Below, piece after piece: positions 48,201-57,988 of a DNA stretch of 64,000 bases (positions are counted from its first letter, which is position 1; every line of letters starts with the position of its first letter). Made by a program: the position numbers and the translations under genes. The stretch is from a candidate division FCPU426 bacterium (GTDB lineage: Bacteria > Oederibacteriota > Muellerivitia > Muellerivitales > Muellerivitaceae), in contig CAVRAL010000001.1 of NCBI GenBank assembly GCA_963719085.1, positions 160,001-224,000 of the forward strand. The letters run 5' to 3'. The notes beneath the pieces were generated by a model. That model made no database searches. It saw only the letters and a program-made list of their open reading frames with translations, and was not told the DNA's origin.

Positions 48201-48221
48201 AAGAATTGGGGAGATATACCG

Positions 48222-48557
48222 ATGCCGGTTACAGCCAAAGCGGAAACCGTTACCGTGGTTCGTTTAGGTGGCGAATTGAGCCAGGACGAGGTGACGTCAC
48301 TGCTCCGGGTTCTTACCGACTTGGTGCTGTCCAACAAAACAAAGGTGGTGCTGAATTTCCGAAAGGTGACCCACATGTCCCTGAACGGCATCGCCAAGCT
48401 GGTCGAGAAAAGCCTTCGCTTTAGGGCGCTGAACGGTGAGATCAAAATCGCCGGCATGGCCCCTTACGTCACCAACCTTTTCAACCTAGTGGGTGCCTCT
48501 TCCCAATTCGACATCGTGTCGAGCGAAGAAGAAGCCATTGCCCGCTTTGAAAGCTGA
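48222..48557 (+). CDS. STAS domain protein
   Basis: LGGEL, VVLNFRKVTHMSLNG, GEIKIAG and SEEEA pattern. Confidence 0.85.
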   Translation: MPVTAKAETVTVVRLGGELSQDEVTSLLRVLTDLVLSNKTKVVLNFRKVTHMSLNGIAKLVEKSLRFRALNGEIKIAGMAPYVTNLFNLVGASSQFDIVSSEEEAIARFES

Positions 48558-49500
48558 CCCTTCTCACCAACCGGTCCTTTTGGCCGAAACGGTGGAATGG
48601 TTGTCTCCTCCCGAGAATGGGACCGTCTTGGACGGAACCTTCGGGTTGGGAGGCCACGCGGCTGAGTTATTGAAACATTTGACCCACGGCCGTTACGTGG
48701 GGTTGGACCAGGATGCCGATGCCCTTCAACACGCTGGCCGAGCACTGAAAGACGACCCCCGGGTCATCCTTCGTCAGGCTAACTTCGCCGACCTCCTGGA
48801 TGTGCTGACAAACCTTGGGATCTCAGAGGTGGACAGCGTGTTGATGGATATTGGCGTATCCTCATTACAATTGGATTCGGCTTCGCGCGGTTTTTCATTC
48901 CAGCAATCAGGCCCGCTGGACATGCGCATGGACCAATCCGCCCCCCTTTCGGCTTCCAACGTCGTCAATGAATATTCCGAGGAAAAACTGTCCCAAATCT
49001 TTTGGGAATACGGCGAAGACCGCAAGGCCCGGGCCTTGGCCCGGGCCATCGTGAAGGCGCGCGAGCAAAAGCCCTTTGAAACCACCGATGAGCTGGCCGC
49101 TTTGGCCAAACGGGTCAATTACCAACCGGCCAGCAAGGGCGCCCAAAAACACCCGGCCACCCGGATTTTCCAGGCCATCCGTATGGAAGTGAACCAAGAG
49201 CTTCAGGTTTTGGAAAGGGGCCTGAAGGCCGCGCTTCAAGTCTTGAAGCCAGGCGGCCGCGTGGCCGTCATCACTTTTCATTCCTTGGAAGACCGGATCG
49301 TCAAACAATTCTTCAAAAAAGAAAGCGTTGATTGTATCTGCCCTCCCGAGATTCCTTTCTGCCAATGCGACCACAAGGCTTCCCTTGAAATACTGACCCG
49401 CAAACCCGTCACGGCCTCCGAAGCCGAGACGGAGCGAAATCCCCGCTCCCGCAGCGCCAAGCTTCGGGTGGCCGAGAAATTGGCCGGAGGGCGCGTTTAA
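48547..49500 (+). CDS. rsmH: 16S rRNA m4C1402 methyltransferase
   Basis: HQPVLL, DGTFGLGGH, GVSSLQLD, FHSLEDR and NPRSRSAKLR motifs; start at TTG 48547. Confidence 0.97.
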   Translation: MKADPSHQPVLLAETVEWLSPPENGTVLDGTFGLGGHAAELLKHLTHGRYVGLDQDADALQHAGRALKDDPRVILRQANFADLLDVLTNLGISEVDSVLMDIGVSSLQLDSASRGFSFQQSGPLDMRMDQSAPLSASNVVNEYSEEKLSQIFWEYGEDRKARALARAIVKAREQKPFETTDELAALAKRVNYQPASKGAQKHPATRIFQAIRMEVNQELQVLERGLKAALQVLKPGGRVAVITFHSLEDRIVKQFFKKESVDCICPPEIPFCQCDHKASLEILTRKPVTASEAETERNPRSRSAKLRVAEKLAGGRV

Positions 49501-49935
49501 ATGAGCCCAGCGCCCACCTTTAAAGAACAAGTGGTCAGCACCGCCAATGACGTGGTGGACGCCAGCCTTTTTTGGCGGGGCAACCTGGCCAAGGCGGTCC
49601 AACGCCGGGATTTTAAAGGGACCATTTGGGGTGTTCTGGCCCTGACCTTTTTTCTTTTTATCTACGTCTGGCAGCACATGCAGGTGATCAAGCTCGGCTA
49701 TGAGGTTCAGGCGCTGAAGTCCCAAAAAGAGGAATTGAGCAACCAATATTATTACCTTCAATACAAACTCCATGACGTGGACAGCCTGGCCCGGGTGGAA
49801 ACGCTGGCCCAGTCCCAATTGGGCATGACCACACCCCGCTCGGATCAAGTGGTCATCCTGAAGGACGAGGATTCCTCGGCCCCGCATTGGTTGACGGTGT
49901 GGATCAACGCGGTCAAGGGGCTGGGGTCCAAATGA
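49501..49935 (+). CDS. ftsL: cell division protein FtsL
   Basis: One TM helix plus coiled coil, RVETLA..QLGM..P; sits between rsmH and ftsI. Confidence 0.8.
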   Translation: MSPAPTFKEQVVSTANDVVDASLFWRGNLAKAVQRRDFKGTIWGVLALTFFLFIYVWQHMQVIKLGYEVQALKSQKEELSNQYYYLQYKLHDVDSLARVETLAQSQLGMTTPRSDQVVILKDEDSSAPHWLTVWINAVKGLGSK

Positions 49936-52076
49936 GTGCTTTTCAAACCATGACCCAGTCCGAAAAAAGGCTTTTTGGCGTCAAGCTCGTCATTCTTTTT
50001 TGCGCCCTCCTGGTGGAAGGCCGGTTGGTTTACCTGCAGGTCATCAAGCACGGCGAGTTCCGCGAGATGTCCGACCGGCAACAGTTCACCCCGCGGGATG
50101 TGCAGGCTTCCCGGGGATTGATTGAGGACCGCAATGAAAGCCCCTTGGCCGTGAATGTCGATCTTTTCAACGTCTGCGCCCATCCGGACCTCATTACGGA
50201 CAAAGCGGGAACCGCGCGGGTGCTTTCCCAGTGCCTGGGGATGCCTTATGGGGAGATCGCCGCCAAGTTGTCCCAGGATAAATCTTTCGTTTGGCTGGCC
50301 CGACAAGTGCCTTATGAGCGCTCCACCGCGGTGGAAAGCTTGAAGCTCCAAGGGGTCGAGGCTTTCCGGGAACAGCGCCGTTTTTATCCCGACCACGATA
50401 TGGCGTCCCACGTGGTGGGATTCGCCGGGATCGACAACCAGGGTTTGGACGGCTTGGAGCGCCTTTATGACACCTCGCTCAAGGGAAAAATCGGGAAGGT
50501 CGTGGCCGAGCGCGACGCGCGGGGACGGGTCGTGATCGAGGACAGCAAAAAAATCGCCGCCGGAACCGACGGGCTCAATATCGTCACCACCTTGGATAAA
50601 ACCATCCAGCACATCGCCCAAGTGGAACTGGAAAAAGCTTTCATCAAGTACAAGTGCAAAGCCGCCTCGATCATCGTCATGGACCCGCATACGGGCCAGC
50701 TTTTGGCCGTGGCCAATTACCCGAACTTCGACCCGAATGATTTTAAAAGCTATGGCAAGGAAATTTGGAGCGACCGGGCCGTGTGCGACTCGTTTGAGCC
50801 GGGCAGTACCTTCAAGTTGGTGACCATGGCGGGCGCCTTGGAAGAGGGCGTGGTGAACGAGGATGACAAATTTTTCTGCGAGAACGGGCATTTCCTCACC
50901 GACTACGGCCGGATCGTGACCGACCACGAGAAATTCGGATGGCTGACAGTCCGCGAGATATTCGGCTATTCCAGCAACATCGGCACCACCAAAGTGGCCA
51001 TGAAGCTGGGCAAGGATAAACTTTACGCTTACGCCAAACGTTTTGGTTTCGGCGATTTGAGCGGGGTGGACCTGCCCGGCGAGGCCACCGGGACGCTGCG
51101 GCCCGTGGATAAGTGGAGCGGAACTTCCATCACCACGATCCCTTATGGTTACGAGGTTTCCACCACGCCCATCCAAATTCTCGACGCTTACGCGGCCATC
51201 GCCAACGACGGCGTTTTGATGAAGCCCTATATCGTCCAGCGGATGGAAACCATCGACGGCCGGACGGTGAAAGAATTCGGACCCAAGAAGGTGCGCCGGG
51301 TTTGCTCGGATAAAACCGCCAAGCGCATGACCGACATGATGCGATGGGTGGTGCAAAACGGAACGGGCACCGCCGTGGCCCTGCCCAACTACGACATCGC
51401 GGGCAAAACGGGGACCGCCTACAAGTTTGTGGGCAAACAATATTCCAAATACAGCTATGTGTCGTCTTTCGTGGGCTTTGTCCCGGCTGAAAACCCCAAA
51501 TTCGCCATCTATGTCTCGCTGGACGATCCCCGGGGTATTTACTGGGGCGGCTATACGGCGGGTCCGGTGTTTAAAGAAGTGGCGAAGCGGGCCATGGCTT
51601 ATGACTTGATCCCGCCCTCGGGGGTGGACGCTCCCGCGGTGGCCGCAGCGCCGATCTCCAAAACCATGCCTTCGTTCGCGGGCCTGACTCCGGCCCAATG
51701 CCAATGGCTGGCGCAGGAGGCCGGTCTGAAATTACGGTTTTCGGGCAAGGGTGAAAGGGTGACGGATCAGTCGCTCAAGGCGGGCGTGAGCTTTTCCGAT
51801 CCCGCTCAAGAAAAGCTGGTCCTGACCTTGGGCGTCCCCGCGAACGCCGCGGCCCCGCAAGGCAACGGCGTGATGCCCGACCTTCGTGGAAAAACCAAGC
51901 GGCAGGCTTTGGCCTTGGTGGCGCCCTTGGGAATCACGGTGAACTTCCGGGGCCAAGGAATTGTCCAGAATCAGTTCCCGCTTCCGGGCCAATCCGTGGG
52001 CGCCGCCGGCCTTTGCGAGCTTAATTGCGACTTGCCGATGGCCGACTCCCAGGTTTCCGCGGGAGGCCATTCGTGA
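49932..52076 (+). CDS. ftsI: FtsI/PBP2B transpeptidase with C-terminal PASTA domains
   Basis: RGLIEDRN, EPGSTFK, SSN and KTGTA motifs; MPDLRG PASTA repeat. Confidence 0.92.
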   Translation: MSAFQTMTQSEKRLFGVKLVILFCALLVEGRLVYLQVIKHGEFREMSDRQQFTPRDVQASRGLIEDRNESPLAVNVDLFNVCAHPDLITDKAGTARVLSQCLGMPYGEIAAKLSQDKSFVWLARQVPYERSTAVESLKLQGVEAFREQRRFYPDHDMASHVVGFAGIDNQGLDGLERLYDTSLKGKIGKVVAERDARGRVVIEDSKKIAAGTDGLNIVTTLDKTIQHIAQVELEKAFIKYKCKAASIIVMDPHTGQLLAVANYPNFDPNDFKSYGKEIWSDRAVCDSFEPGSTFKLVTMAGALEEGVVNEDDKFFCENGHFLTDYGRIVTDHEKFGWLTVREIFGYSSNIGTTKVAMKLGKDKLYAYAKRFGFGDLSGVDLPGEATGTLRPVDKWSGTSITTIPYGYEVSTTPIQILDAYAAIANDGVLMKPYIVQRMETIDGRTVKEFGPKKVRRVCSDKTAKRMTDMMRWVVQNGTGTAVALPNYDIAGKTGTAYKFVGKQYSKYSYVSSFVGFVPAENPKFAIYVSLDDPRGIYWGGYTAGPVFKEVAKRAMAYDLIPPSGVDAPAVAAAPISKTMPSFAGLTPAQCQWLAQEAGLKLRFSGKGERVTDQSLKAGVSFSDPAQEKLVLTLGVPANAAAPQGNGVMPDLRGKTKRQALALVAPLGITVNFRGQGIVQNQFPLPGQSVGAAGLCELNCDLPMADSQVSAGGHS

Positions 52077-53560
52077 GGCTTCAAGCCCTGCTGAAAATCC
52101 TGAAACCCAAGAAAGTTTCCTTGAAGGCCAATCCTGAAATCTCGGGAATCGCCGAGAATTCCAAACAAGTCAAGCTCGGGGAACTTTTCGTTTGTGTCGC
52201 CGGCGCTAAGCAGGACGGCCGGACTTTCGCGAAGGAAGCGGTCAAAAACGGCGCCGCCGCCTTGATCGTGGAAGGCGAGGCGATCCCGGAAATTTCGGTT
52301 CCCCAAGTATTGGTCAAGGACAGCCGGGAAGCGCTGGCCAAGGCCGCCCATTTTTATTACGGATTCCCGTCCCGTCAGGTGAAGGTCATTGGGGTCACGG
52401 GGACCAAGGGCAAGACCACCACGACTTATTTAATCCGTTCGATCTTGGATCAAGCGGGTTTTAAGACCGGGTTGGTGGGGACGATCGCCTACGAGATCGG
52501 CGGTAAAAAAGTGGAGGCGAGCAATACCACGCCCTCGGCTTTGACCCTGGTGAAACTGCTTCGGGAGATGGCGGAGGCGGGCTGCGCCTGGGCCGTGATG
52601 GAAGTGTCGTCGCACGCACTGGAAATGAAACGGGTATTGGGCATTGAGTTTGCCGGTGCCGTTTTCACTAATTTGGGACGCGACCATTTGGACTATCACA
52701 AGACCTTCGCCAATTATTTCAAGGCCAAAAGCCGCCTCTTTACCGAGTTCAAAACCGTAAAAGCCCGCGCGGTGAACGCCGACGACACTTATGGCAAAAA
52801 ACTTTTGACCCGCTTGAAATCAAAAGGAACGGGATACGGCGTGAAACAGAAATGCGCTTACCAGGCCTCGGAGGTCGAGCTGAAGCCCGGGCACCTTCGC
52901 TTCAGCGTGAAGGGCCAAGCTTTTGAGATCCCCATGACCGGTCTTTTCAATATTTATAACGCGCTGGCCGCCCTTTCGGTTTTGAAGGAACTGGGTTTTT
53001 CCTGGGCCGCGCTTCAAAAAGGGCTGGCCATGGCGCCTCCCGTGCCGGGCCGTTTTGAGCAGGTCAAGGGCGGACAGCCTTTCACTATTTTGGTGGATTA
53101 CGCCCATACGTCCGACGCCTTGGAGCAGGCCTTGACCGCGTGCCGCCAGCTGATGGAGGCGCCGGGGCAATTGGGACAGGGGCATCGATTGATTTCGGTT
53201 TTTGGCTGCGGCGGGGACCGGGATAAGACCAAAAGGCCCTTGATGGGGGAGATCTCAAGCCGCTTGGCGGACCTGACCGTCATCACATCGGACAATCCCC
53301 GCACGGAAAAACCGCGGGTCATTTTGGATGACATTCTTCGAGGCATCCCGGCCCAGTCCATTCAAAACGGCCACCGCCGGGTTTGGGTGGAAGAGGACCG
53401 GGGTAAGGCCATCCGCTTGGCCCTGTCCATGGCGAAGGCCGGCGATGTGGTCTTGATCGCGGGAAAAGGCCATGAGACTTACCAGATCATCGGGGAAAAC
53501 AAACAGCATTTCGATGACCGGGAAGAAGCGCTCCAAGCGTTGAAAGAGATGTCCAAGTGA
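52073..53560 (+). CDS. murE: UDP-MurNAc-tripeptide synthetase (DNPR, meso-DAP type)
   Basis: GVTGTKGKTT, MEVSSH, DYAHT, SDNPR and GKGHE motifs. Confidence 0.96.
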   Translation: MRLQALLKILKPKKVSLKANPEISGIAENSKQVKLGELFVCVAGAKQDGRTFAKEAVKNGAAALIVEGEAIPEISVPQVLVKDSREALAKAAHFYYGFPSRQVKVIGVTGTKGKTTTTYLIRSILDQAGFKTGLVGTIAYEIGGKKVEASNTTPSALTLVKLLREMAEAGCAWAVMEVSSHALEMKRVLGIEFAGAVFTNLGRDHLDYHKTFANYFKAKSRLFTEFKTVKARAVNADDTYGKKLLTRLKSKGTGYGVKQKCAYQASEVELKPGHLRFSVKGQAFEIPMTGLFNIYNALAALSVLKELGFSWAALQKGLAMAPPVPGRFEQVKGGQPFTILVDYAHTSDALEQALTACRQLMEAPGQLGQGHRLISVFGCGGDRDKTKRPLMGEISSRLADLTVITSDNPRTEKPRVILDDILRGIPAQSIQNGHRRVWVEEDRGKAIRLALSMAKAGDVVLIAGKGHETYQIIGENKQHFDDREEALQALKEMSK

Positions 53561-53641
53561 GCCCCGAGGCCAGGGAGATCCAGAGAACCACGCTTATTCC
53601 AACGCCTATCTCTGGATCTCCGTGTTCTCGGACAAGCCGAT

Positions 53642-53722
53642 TTACCGCGAAGCCGCGAAGCCGCAAAGAAAAAATGATTTTATTCTCATTTGTTCTTGGC
53701 GTCTTGGCGTCTTGGCGGTGAG
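53642..53722 (+). repeat. family A palindrome, copy 2
   Basis: TTACCGCGAAGCCGCGAAG ... CTTGGCGTCTTGGCGGTGAG. Confidence 0.8.
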
Positions 53723-53729
53723 GGGTTCC

Positions 53730-55073
53730 GTGCTTCCCTGGACTTTGCGGGAGACGGCGGCTTTGGTGAATGGCCGGATCGTGGAAGGGAAAAACGATTT
53801 AGTGGTGACGGGGGTTTGCCACGACACCCGCGCCGTTCAAAAAGGATTCCTGTTCACGGCGATTCGGGGGGCTCGGCTCGATGGGCACCGGTTTTTAGCC
53901 GAGGCGAAACGAAAAGGCGCGGTGGCGGCGCTGGTCTCGCGCTTTGTCGCGGGAGTGAAACTGCCCCAAATTTTGGCGCCGGAGACCACGGCGGCCTTGG
54001 GCGAATTAGGCCGGACCCAGCGCCTGCAATGGGGGGGGCCGGTGGTGGCGGTGACGGGCAGCGTGGGGAAAACCACGGTGAAAGATTTGACGGCCCACTT
54101 GTTGGGCGGAAAGTTTAAGACGCTCAAGACCCAGGGCAACCTGAACAATCAGTTCGGCCTGCCCTTGAGTTTGCTGAAGCTGACGGCGGCCCACGAGGCG
54201 GCCGTGGTGGAGTTGGGGATCAACCATCCGGGCGAGATGGAATGGCTGTCGGAGATCGCCCGGCCGGATACGGCGGTGGTGACGGCGATTGGGGAAGCCC
54301 ATCTGGGTTTCTTTAAGGGGAAGAAGCAGCTGGCCGAGGAAAAATTGAAGATCGCCTCGCATTTGAGGCAGGGGGGGAGTGTCGTGCTAAACGCCGAGGA
54401 CGACTACTTGAAAAAGAATTTGGAGAACAAAAAAAGTTTCGGCTTGCGCCAGGGCGATGTCCGGGCCTGGGGCCTCAAACTTTTGGGGCTTAAGACCCAA
54501 TTCACCCTTTGGGCGGAGGGCCGCGCCTTCCGAACCAGCCTGGCCATGCTGGGCGAGCACAATGTTCAAAACGCCTTGGCGGCCACCACGGCGGCCATGA
54601 CCCTGGGGGTTTCGGCCGAGGAATGCGCGAAACGCCTCAGCACGTTTAGGGTAGAGGCCCCCATGCGGATGGAATTGAAAAAGCGCGACGGAATTCTATT
54701 TATTAATGACGCTTATAACGCCTCGCCCACCTCCATGGTGGCGGCTTTGGCGGCCTTTGAGCGGGTTCCGGCCAAGGGGTATAAGTACGCGGTTTTAGGG
54801 GACATGTTGGAATTGGGCGATTATTCCCTCGGCGCCCACGCGCAGATTTTGCGCTTGGCCCTGATGGAGCCTTTGGATGGACTCATTTTGGTCGGCGACG
54901 GGATGGGCGAAGCCTTGGATCACACGGCGATCCGGAAAAATTTCAGGATCTGGCATTTTCCCTCGGCGGGCCTGACCGGTAAATTTTTGAGGCGCAAATT
55001 GGTGAAGGGTGACGCGGTGTTGCTCAAGGGTTCCCGGGGCATGGCCCTGGAAAAGGTGTTGGACGCGTTTTAA
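53730..55073 (+). CDS. murF: UDP-MurNAc-pentapeptide synthetase
   Basis: TGSVGKTT, GNLNN, DAYNASP, LGDMLELG and KGSRG motifs. Confidence 0.96.
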   Translation: MLPWTLRETAALVNGRIVEGKNDLVVTGVCHDTRAVQKGFLFTAIRGARLDGHRFLAEAKRKGAVAALVSRFVAGVKLPQILAPETTAALGELGRTQRLQWGGPVVAVTGSVGKTTVKDLTAHLLGGKFKTLKTQGNLNNQFGLPLSLLKLTAAHEAAVVELGINHPGEMEWLSEIARPDTAVVTAIGEAHLGFFKGKKQLAEEKLKIASHLRQGGSVVLNAEDDYLKKNLENKKSFGLRQGDVRAWGLKLLGLKTQFTLWAEGRAFRTSLAMLGEHNVQNALAATTAAMTLGVSAEECAKRLSTFRVEAPMRMELKKRDGILFINDAYNASPTSMVAALAAFERVPAKGYKYAVLGDMLELGDYSLGAHAQILRLALMEPLDGLILVGDGMGEALDHTAIRKNFRIWHFPSAGLTGKFLRRKLVKGDAVLLKGSRGMALEKVLDAF

Positions 55074-55090
55074 AAAAAGAGAGGTAATTT

Positions 55091-55180
55091 TTACCACCAA
55101 GGCACCAAGACGCCAAGGAGGCTTAAGGAAAAAATCCTCAGGTTTTCAAATCTTTGATTTCTTGGTGTCTTGGTGGTGAG
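55091..55180 (+). repeat. family A palindrome, copy 3
   Basis: TTACCACCAAGGCACCAAG ... CTTGGTGTCTTGGTGGTGAG. Confidence 0.85.
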
Positions 55181-55222
55181 AGAGATTGAGACTTAGCTTA
55201 AGAAACGATCGGAGATCGAAAA

Positions 55223-56311
55223 GTGCTTTACCACTTGTTATATCCGCTGGCGGATAAATTTATCGGGTTCAACGTTTTTCGCTATGTGACCTTCCGCAGC
55301 GTTTACGCCGCCATCACGGCTTTTGGCTTGTGCCTGCTTTTGGGCGGCGCGGTCATCGCCCGCATGCGGGCCGCCCAGTTGGGCGAAAAGATCCGCCACG
55401 ACGGGCCGGCCAGTCATTCCGCGAAGGCGGGTACGCCCACCATGGGCGGGGTTCTTATTCTTTTGACGCTTCTCATCAGCGCGCTGCTTTGGGTTCGGTG
55501 GGACTCCAAGTTTTTGTGGTTGGGGGTTTTTTCACTGGTTTGGTTCGGCCTGGTCGGGTTCGTCGATGACTACTCAAAACTCGTCGGCAAGGGAAAAAGC
55601 CGGGGAATGTCCAGCGCCACCAAGCTTGTTTTGCAGACCGTGGGCGCCGCCATCGTGGTGGCCCTTTATATGTGGGCCCTGCCCGATGATTTCGCGCTTC
55701 GCACCTCCATCACCCTGCCTTTCATCAAGGTGCCGGTGGACCTGGGGATGTTTTACCCCTTTTTCGCCGTGCTCGTCATCGTGGGCGCTTCCAACTCGGT
55801 CAACCTCACCGACGGGCTCGATGGATTGGCCATCGGCTGTTCCACCTTTACGGCCATGGCTTTTGTGGTCATCACCTACGTGTCGGGCAATATCAAGTTC
55901 AGCGAGTATCTCAAAATCATCAGCGTGCCCGGCACGGGTGAGCTGACGGTCATGTGCGCGGCGCTGGTCGGGGCGGGGCTGGGGTTTCTTTGGTTCAACG
56001 CGCATCCGGCCCAGATCTTCATGGGCGACACGGGTTCGTTGGCCCTGGGCGGTCTTTTGGGCACCATCGCGGTGATGGTCAAGCAGGAGCTTTTGCTGGT
56101 GATCGTGGGCGGCATTTTCGTGGTGGAGGCCCTGTCGGTCATTATCCAGGTCACGTCTTATAAATTCAGCGGCAAGCGCGTCTTCAAGATGGCGCCCCTG
56201 CACCACCATTTTGAGCTGTCGGGCGTCCCGGAATCCAAACTCATCGTCCGATTTTGGATCGTGGCCATTATTTTGACATTGCTGACACTGTCGACGCTGA
56301 AACTGCGTTAA
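55223..56311 (+). CDS. mraY: phospho-MurNAc-pentapeptide transferase
   Basis: GTPTMGG, NLTDGLDG, FMGDTG and MAPLHHHFE motifs. Confidence 0.98.
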   Translation: MLYHLLYPLADKFIGFNVFRYVTFRSVYAAITAFGLCLLLGGAVIARMRAAQLGEKIRHDGPASHSAKAGTPTMGGVLILLTLLISALLWVRWDSKFLWLGVFSLVWFGLVGFVDDYSKLVGKGKSRGMSSATKLVLQTVGAAIVVALYMWALPDDFALRTSITLPFIKVPVDLGMFYPFFAVLVIVGASNSVNLTDGLDGLAIGCSTFTAMAFVVITYVSGNIKFSEYLKIISVPGTGELTVMCAALVGAGLGFLWFNAHPAQIFMGDTGSLALGGLLGTIAVMVKQELLLVIVGGIFVVEALSVIIQVTSYKFSGKRVFKMAPLHHHFELSGVPESKLIVRFWIVAIILTLLTLSTLKLR

Positions 56312-56343
56312 GAGGAAAAAATGATGGAAACCAACACAAAAAG

Positions 56344-56432
56344 CCAACGCCAAGACGCAAAGGAAAGCGAAAGATATGTTTGAAAAACATTCTCGTTTTG
56401 CCCTTCTTGGCGTCTTGGCGTCTTGGCGTTGG
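56344..56432 (+). repeat. family A palindrome, copy 4
   Basis: CCAACGCCAAGACGCAAAG ... CTTGGCGTCTTGGCGTTGG. Confidence 0.85.
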
Positions 56433-56470
56433 TCGTTTGTGTTGGTTCTGACTTTGGAAGGGGTCGCGAA

Positions 56471-57847
56471 GTGATCTATGTCCATAACAAACAAGTGGCG
56501 GTGATCGGCTTGGGCCGCTCGGGACTGGCTGCGGCGCGTCTTTTGTCCGTGCGGGGCGCCCAAGTGGTGGTCCTGGACGAGAAGACGCCGGAAAAGCTAG
56601 GTTCCTGGATCGACAAGGCCAAGGACCTGCCGATCCGTTTGTCGTTGGGGAAAATGGACTTGACGCTCCTTTTGTCCTCGGATTTGATCGTCACCTCGCC
56701 CGGGGTGCCTTTTGACCATCCGGCCTTGGAACAGGCCCGGGACAAGGGAATCCGGGTGATCGGGGAGCTGGAATTGGCTTACGGTTATTGCCCGGCGCAA
56801 GTCGCCGCCATCACGGGCACCAACGGCAAAACCACCACCACGGCCCTGACGGCCGCCATGATCGCGGCTTCCGGCAAAAAAGCCATCGCTTGCGGGAATA
56901 TCGGCCGGGCTTTCGCCGAGGCGGTCTTTGAGCTTTCGGCTGAGGATTGGGCGGTCTTGGAAGTTTCCAGTTTTCAATTGGAGACCATTGAGACTTTCAG
57001 GCCCAACTTGGCGGCGATTTTAAACGTCACTCCGGATCATTTGGACCGGCATGGCAGCATGCAGGCTTATGTCGAGATGAAGTCCCGGATTTTCGAGAAC
57101 CAAAAACCCGAGGACGCGGCGGTCTTAAATGTGGGCGACAAATACACCCCCATCTTCGCGGGGCTTTTAAAAAGCCGGCTGCACTTCTTCGGTTTCGCCG
57201 AGAAGGCCAAGGATTTGGGCCGTCCGGGCTGTTACGTGGTGGGAAATCAATTGGAACTTTTAGGGCGTCCCTTGTTGAAGTCCGCCGATTTAAAAATTCC
57301 GGGGCCCCATAATTTAGAAAACGCCTGCGCGGCGGCGATGCTGGCCTCGCTGGCGGGTGTTTCGGATTCGGACATCGCCCGGGCTTTGGCGGAATTTAAC
57401 GGGGTGGAGCACCGGTTGGAAAAGGCCGGCGTGATCGAGGGCGTGAGTTTTATCAACGACTCCAAGGGAACCAACGTGGATTCGGTCTTGAAGGCGCTGG
57501 AAAGTTTCGAGCGCCCGATCGTTCTTATCCTGGGCGGCCGGGACAAGGCCGGGGACTTTAGGACCTTGGCTCCTTTGGTAAAGGAAAAAGTGACCCGGGT
57601 GGTGGCCTTCGGGGAATGCAAAGCCAAGGTGGTTCAACAGCTTTCATCCACGGCCACCGTGGTGGAAGCCGAAACCTTGGAAGAGGTGGTGAATGGGGCT
57701 TTCGCGGCCAGTGAAAAGGGGGGCACGGTGCTTTTTTCCCCGGGCTGCGCCAGCTTTGACATGTTTCAGAATTACGAGGATCGGGGCCGTCAGTTTAAGG
57801 ATTTGGTTTTGAAGTTGGCTTTAGCCAAGTCCACGGCTAAGGCTTAA
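56471..57847 (+). CDS. murD: UDP-MurNAc-L-Ala:D-Glu ligase
   Basis: GLGRSG, TGTNGKTT, EVSSFQL, NDSKGTN and SPGCASFD motifs. Confidence 0.97.
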   Translation: MIYVHNKQVAVIGLGRSGLAAARLLSVRGAQVVVLDEKTPEKLGSWIDKAKDLPIRLSLGKMDLTLLLSSDLIVTSPGVPFDHPALEQARDKGIRVIGELELAYGYCPAQVAAITGTNGKTTTTALTAAMIAASGKKAIACGNIGRAFAEAVFELSAEDWAVLEVSSFQLETIETFRPNLAAILNVTPDHLDRHGSMQAYVEMKSRIFENQKPEDAAVLNVGDKYTPIFAGLLKSRLHFFGFAEKAKDLGRPGCYVVGNQLELLGRPLLKSADLKIPGPHNLENACAAAMLASLAGVSDSDIARALAEFNGVEHRLEKAGVIEGVSFINDSKGTNVDSVLKALESFERPIVLILGGRDKAGDFRTLAPLVKEKVTRVVAFGECKAKVVQQLSSTATVVEAETLEEVVNGAFAASEKGGTVLFSPGCASFDMFQNYEDRGRQFKDLVLKLALAKSTAKA

Positions 57848-57856
57848 GAAAATAAG

Positions 57857-57956
57857 TTTTACCGCCAAGGCGCCAAGGACGCCAAGGACGGAAAAACAAA
57901 AAGATATTTTGAAGGGGTTCGACTTTCTTGGCGAACTTGGCGTCTTGGCGGTGAAA
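57857..57956 (+). repeat. family A palindrome, copy 5
   Basis: TTTTACCGCCAAGGCGCCAAG ... CTTGGCGTCTTGGCGGTGAAA. Confidence 0.85.
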
Positions 57957-57988
57957 TAGTTTTGGCTGAATTTTAGGTTTTAAAGGGA

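Noticed and set aside
49845..51704. 619-aa minus-strand ORF (and similar ones opposite mraY, ftsW and murC)
   Set aside because: Antisense shadows of conserved GC-rich genes.
53622..53729. N-terminal extensions on murF (also murD, murB, gatB, ubiA) in the ORF track
   Set aside because: They translate intergenic palindromes; downstream starts fit the protein families better.
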